Shown here piece after piece: positions 25,884 through 26,015 of a stretch of 26,015 nucleotides of DNA. Below the pieces are notes generated by a model. That model made no database searches, was not told the origin of the DNA, and saw only the letters and a list, made by a program, of their open reading frames with translations. The stretch covers positions 1-26,015 of the forward strand of contig NZ_SODD01000036.1 of assembly GCF_004365815.1 (NCBI RefSeq), given 5' to 3'. Both the position numbers and the translations under genes were made by a program. Each line of letters opens with the position of its first letter. The stretch's first letter is position 1. The DNA comes from Breznakia blatticola (lineage in GTDB: Bacteria; Bacillota_I; Bacilli_A; Erysipelotrichales; Erysipelotrichaceae).

Positions 25884-25922
25884 CACCAAACATCTACCAC
25901 TGCTTGTGTGTAGGTGTTTTTT
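25884..25922 (+). terminator. Probable antiporter terminator
   Basis: CTACCAC tgctt GTGtGTAG forms the core, extendable by ACACC/GGTGT, and T6 follows (25917-25922). The stem is imperfect. Confidence 0.45.
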
Positions 25923-26015
25923 AAGATAATATGAAGTGACCCCCTAAGTTGTCTAAACGTGGATTTAGATTCATAATAGAAATTGTAAAAATAATATTAA
26001 GAATCGTTACCATAA

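Noticed and set aside
25923-26015. A possible mobile-element end or small gene after the antiporter terminator (..GTGACCCCCTAAGTTGTCTAAACGTGG..).
   Set aside because: It has no repeat partner in the window, no similarity to the IS4 inverted repeats beyond TAAGTT, and no ORF. There is insufficient sequence before the window ends.

Overview
This is a low-GC Bacillota-type chromosomal window, and almost all of it is core metabolism. I found no CRISPR array, tRNA or rRNA gene, or recognisable defence or toxin cassette.

Layout:
- Minus strand, 137-9596: a seven-gene de novo purine operon, purE-purL-purC-purF-purM-purN-purH. It is driven by one promoter and a guanine-type purine riboswitch with its own terminator (9614-9883).
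- Minus strand, 9921-12054: a Cof-type HAD phosphatase, translationally coupled to an unusual 6-TM protein. That protein's soluble C-terminal domain carries an LRAT/permuted NlpC-P60-like His...NC(Cys) signature.
- Plus strand, 12393-13205: a small hypothetical ORF, then an FMN riboswitch controlling ribU.
- 13206-14910: an intact 1705-bp IS4-family element with perfect 24-bp inverted repeats and a 7-bp target duplication (CAAATAG). It sits exactly on the ribU stop codon and splits the native ribU terminator hairpin.
- Plus strand, 14940-17180: a YtrA-type GntR regulator, an ABC ATPase, a permease and an ABM-domain protein.
- Minus strand, 17194-24417: a cytidylate-kinase-like protein, an Isf-like flavoprotein, prs, a GlmU-like gene holding only the acetyltransferase half, fba, ald and fhs.
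- Plus strand, 24514-25821: a cation:proton antiporter preceded by a leader that I read as a fluoride (crcB-motif) riboswitch with a terminator expression platform.

Observations most worth follow-up:
1. The half-size GlmU next to prs.
2. The fluoride-riboswitch-like leader on the antiporter.
3. The 6-TM/LRAT-like protein paired with the HAD phosphatase.
4. The IS insertion into the ribU terminator.
5. An orphan promoter/terminator unit in the fhs-ald spacer that could be a small RNA.

All calls come from reading the sequence and from recalled family motifs. No database search was run.
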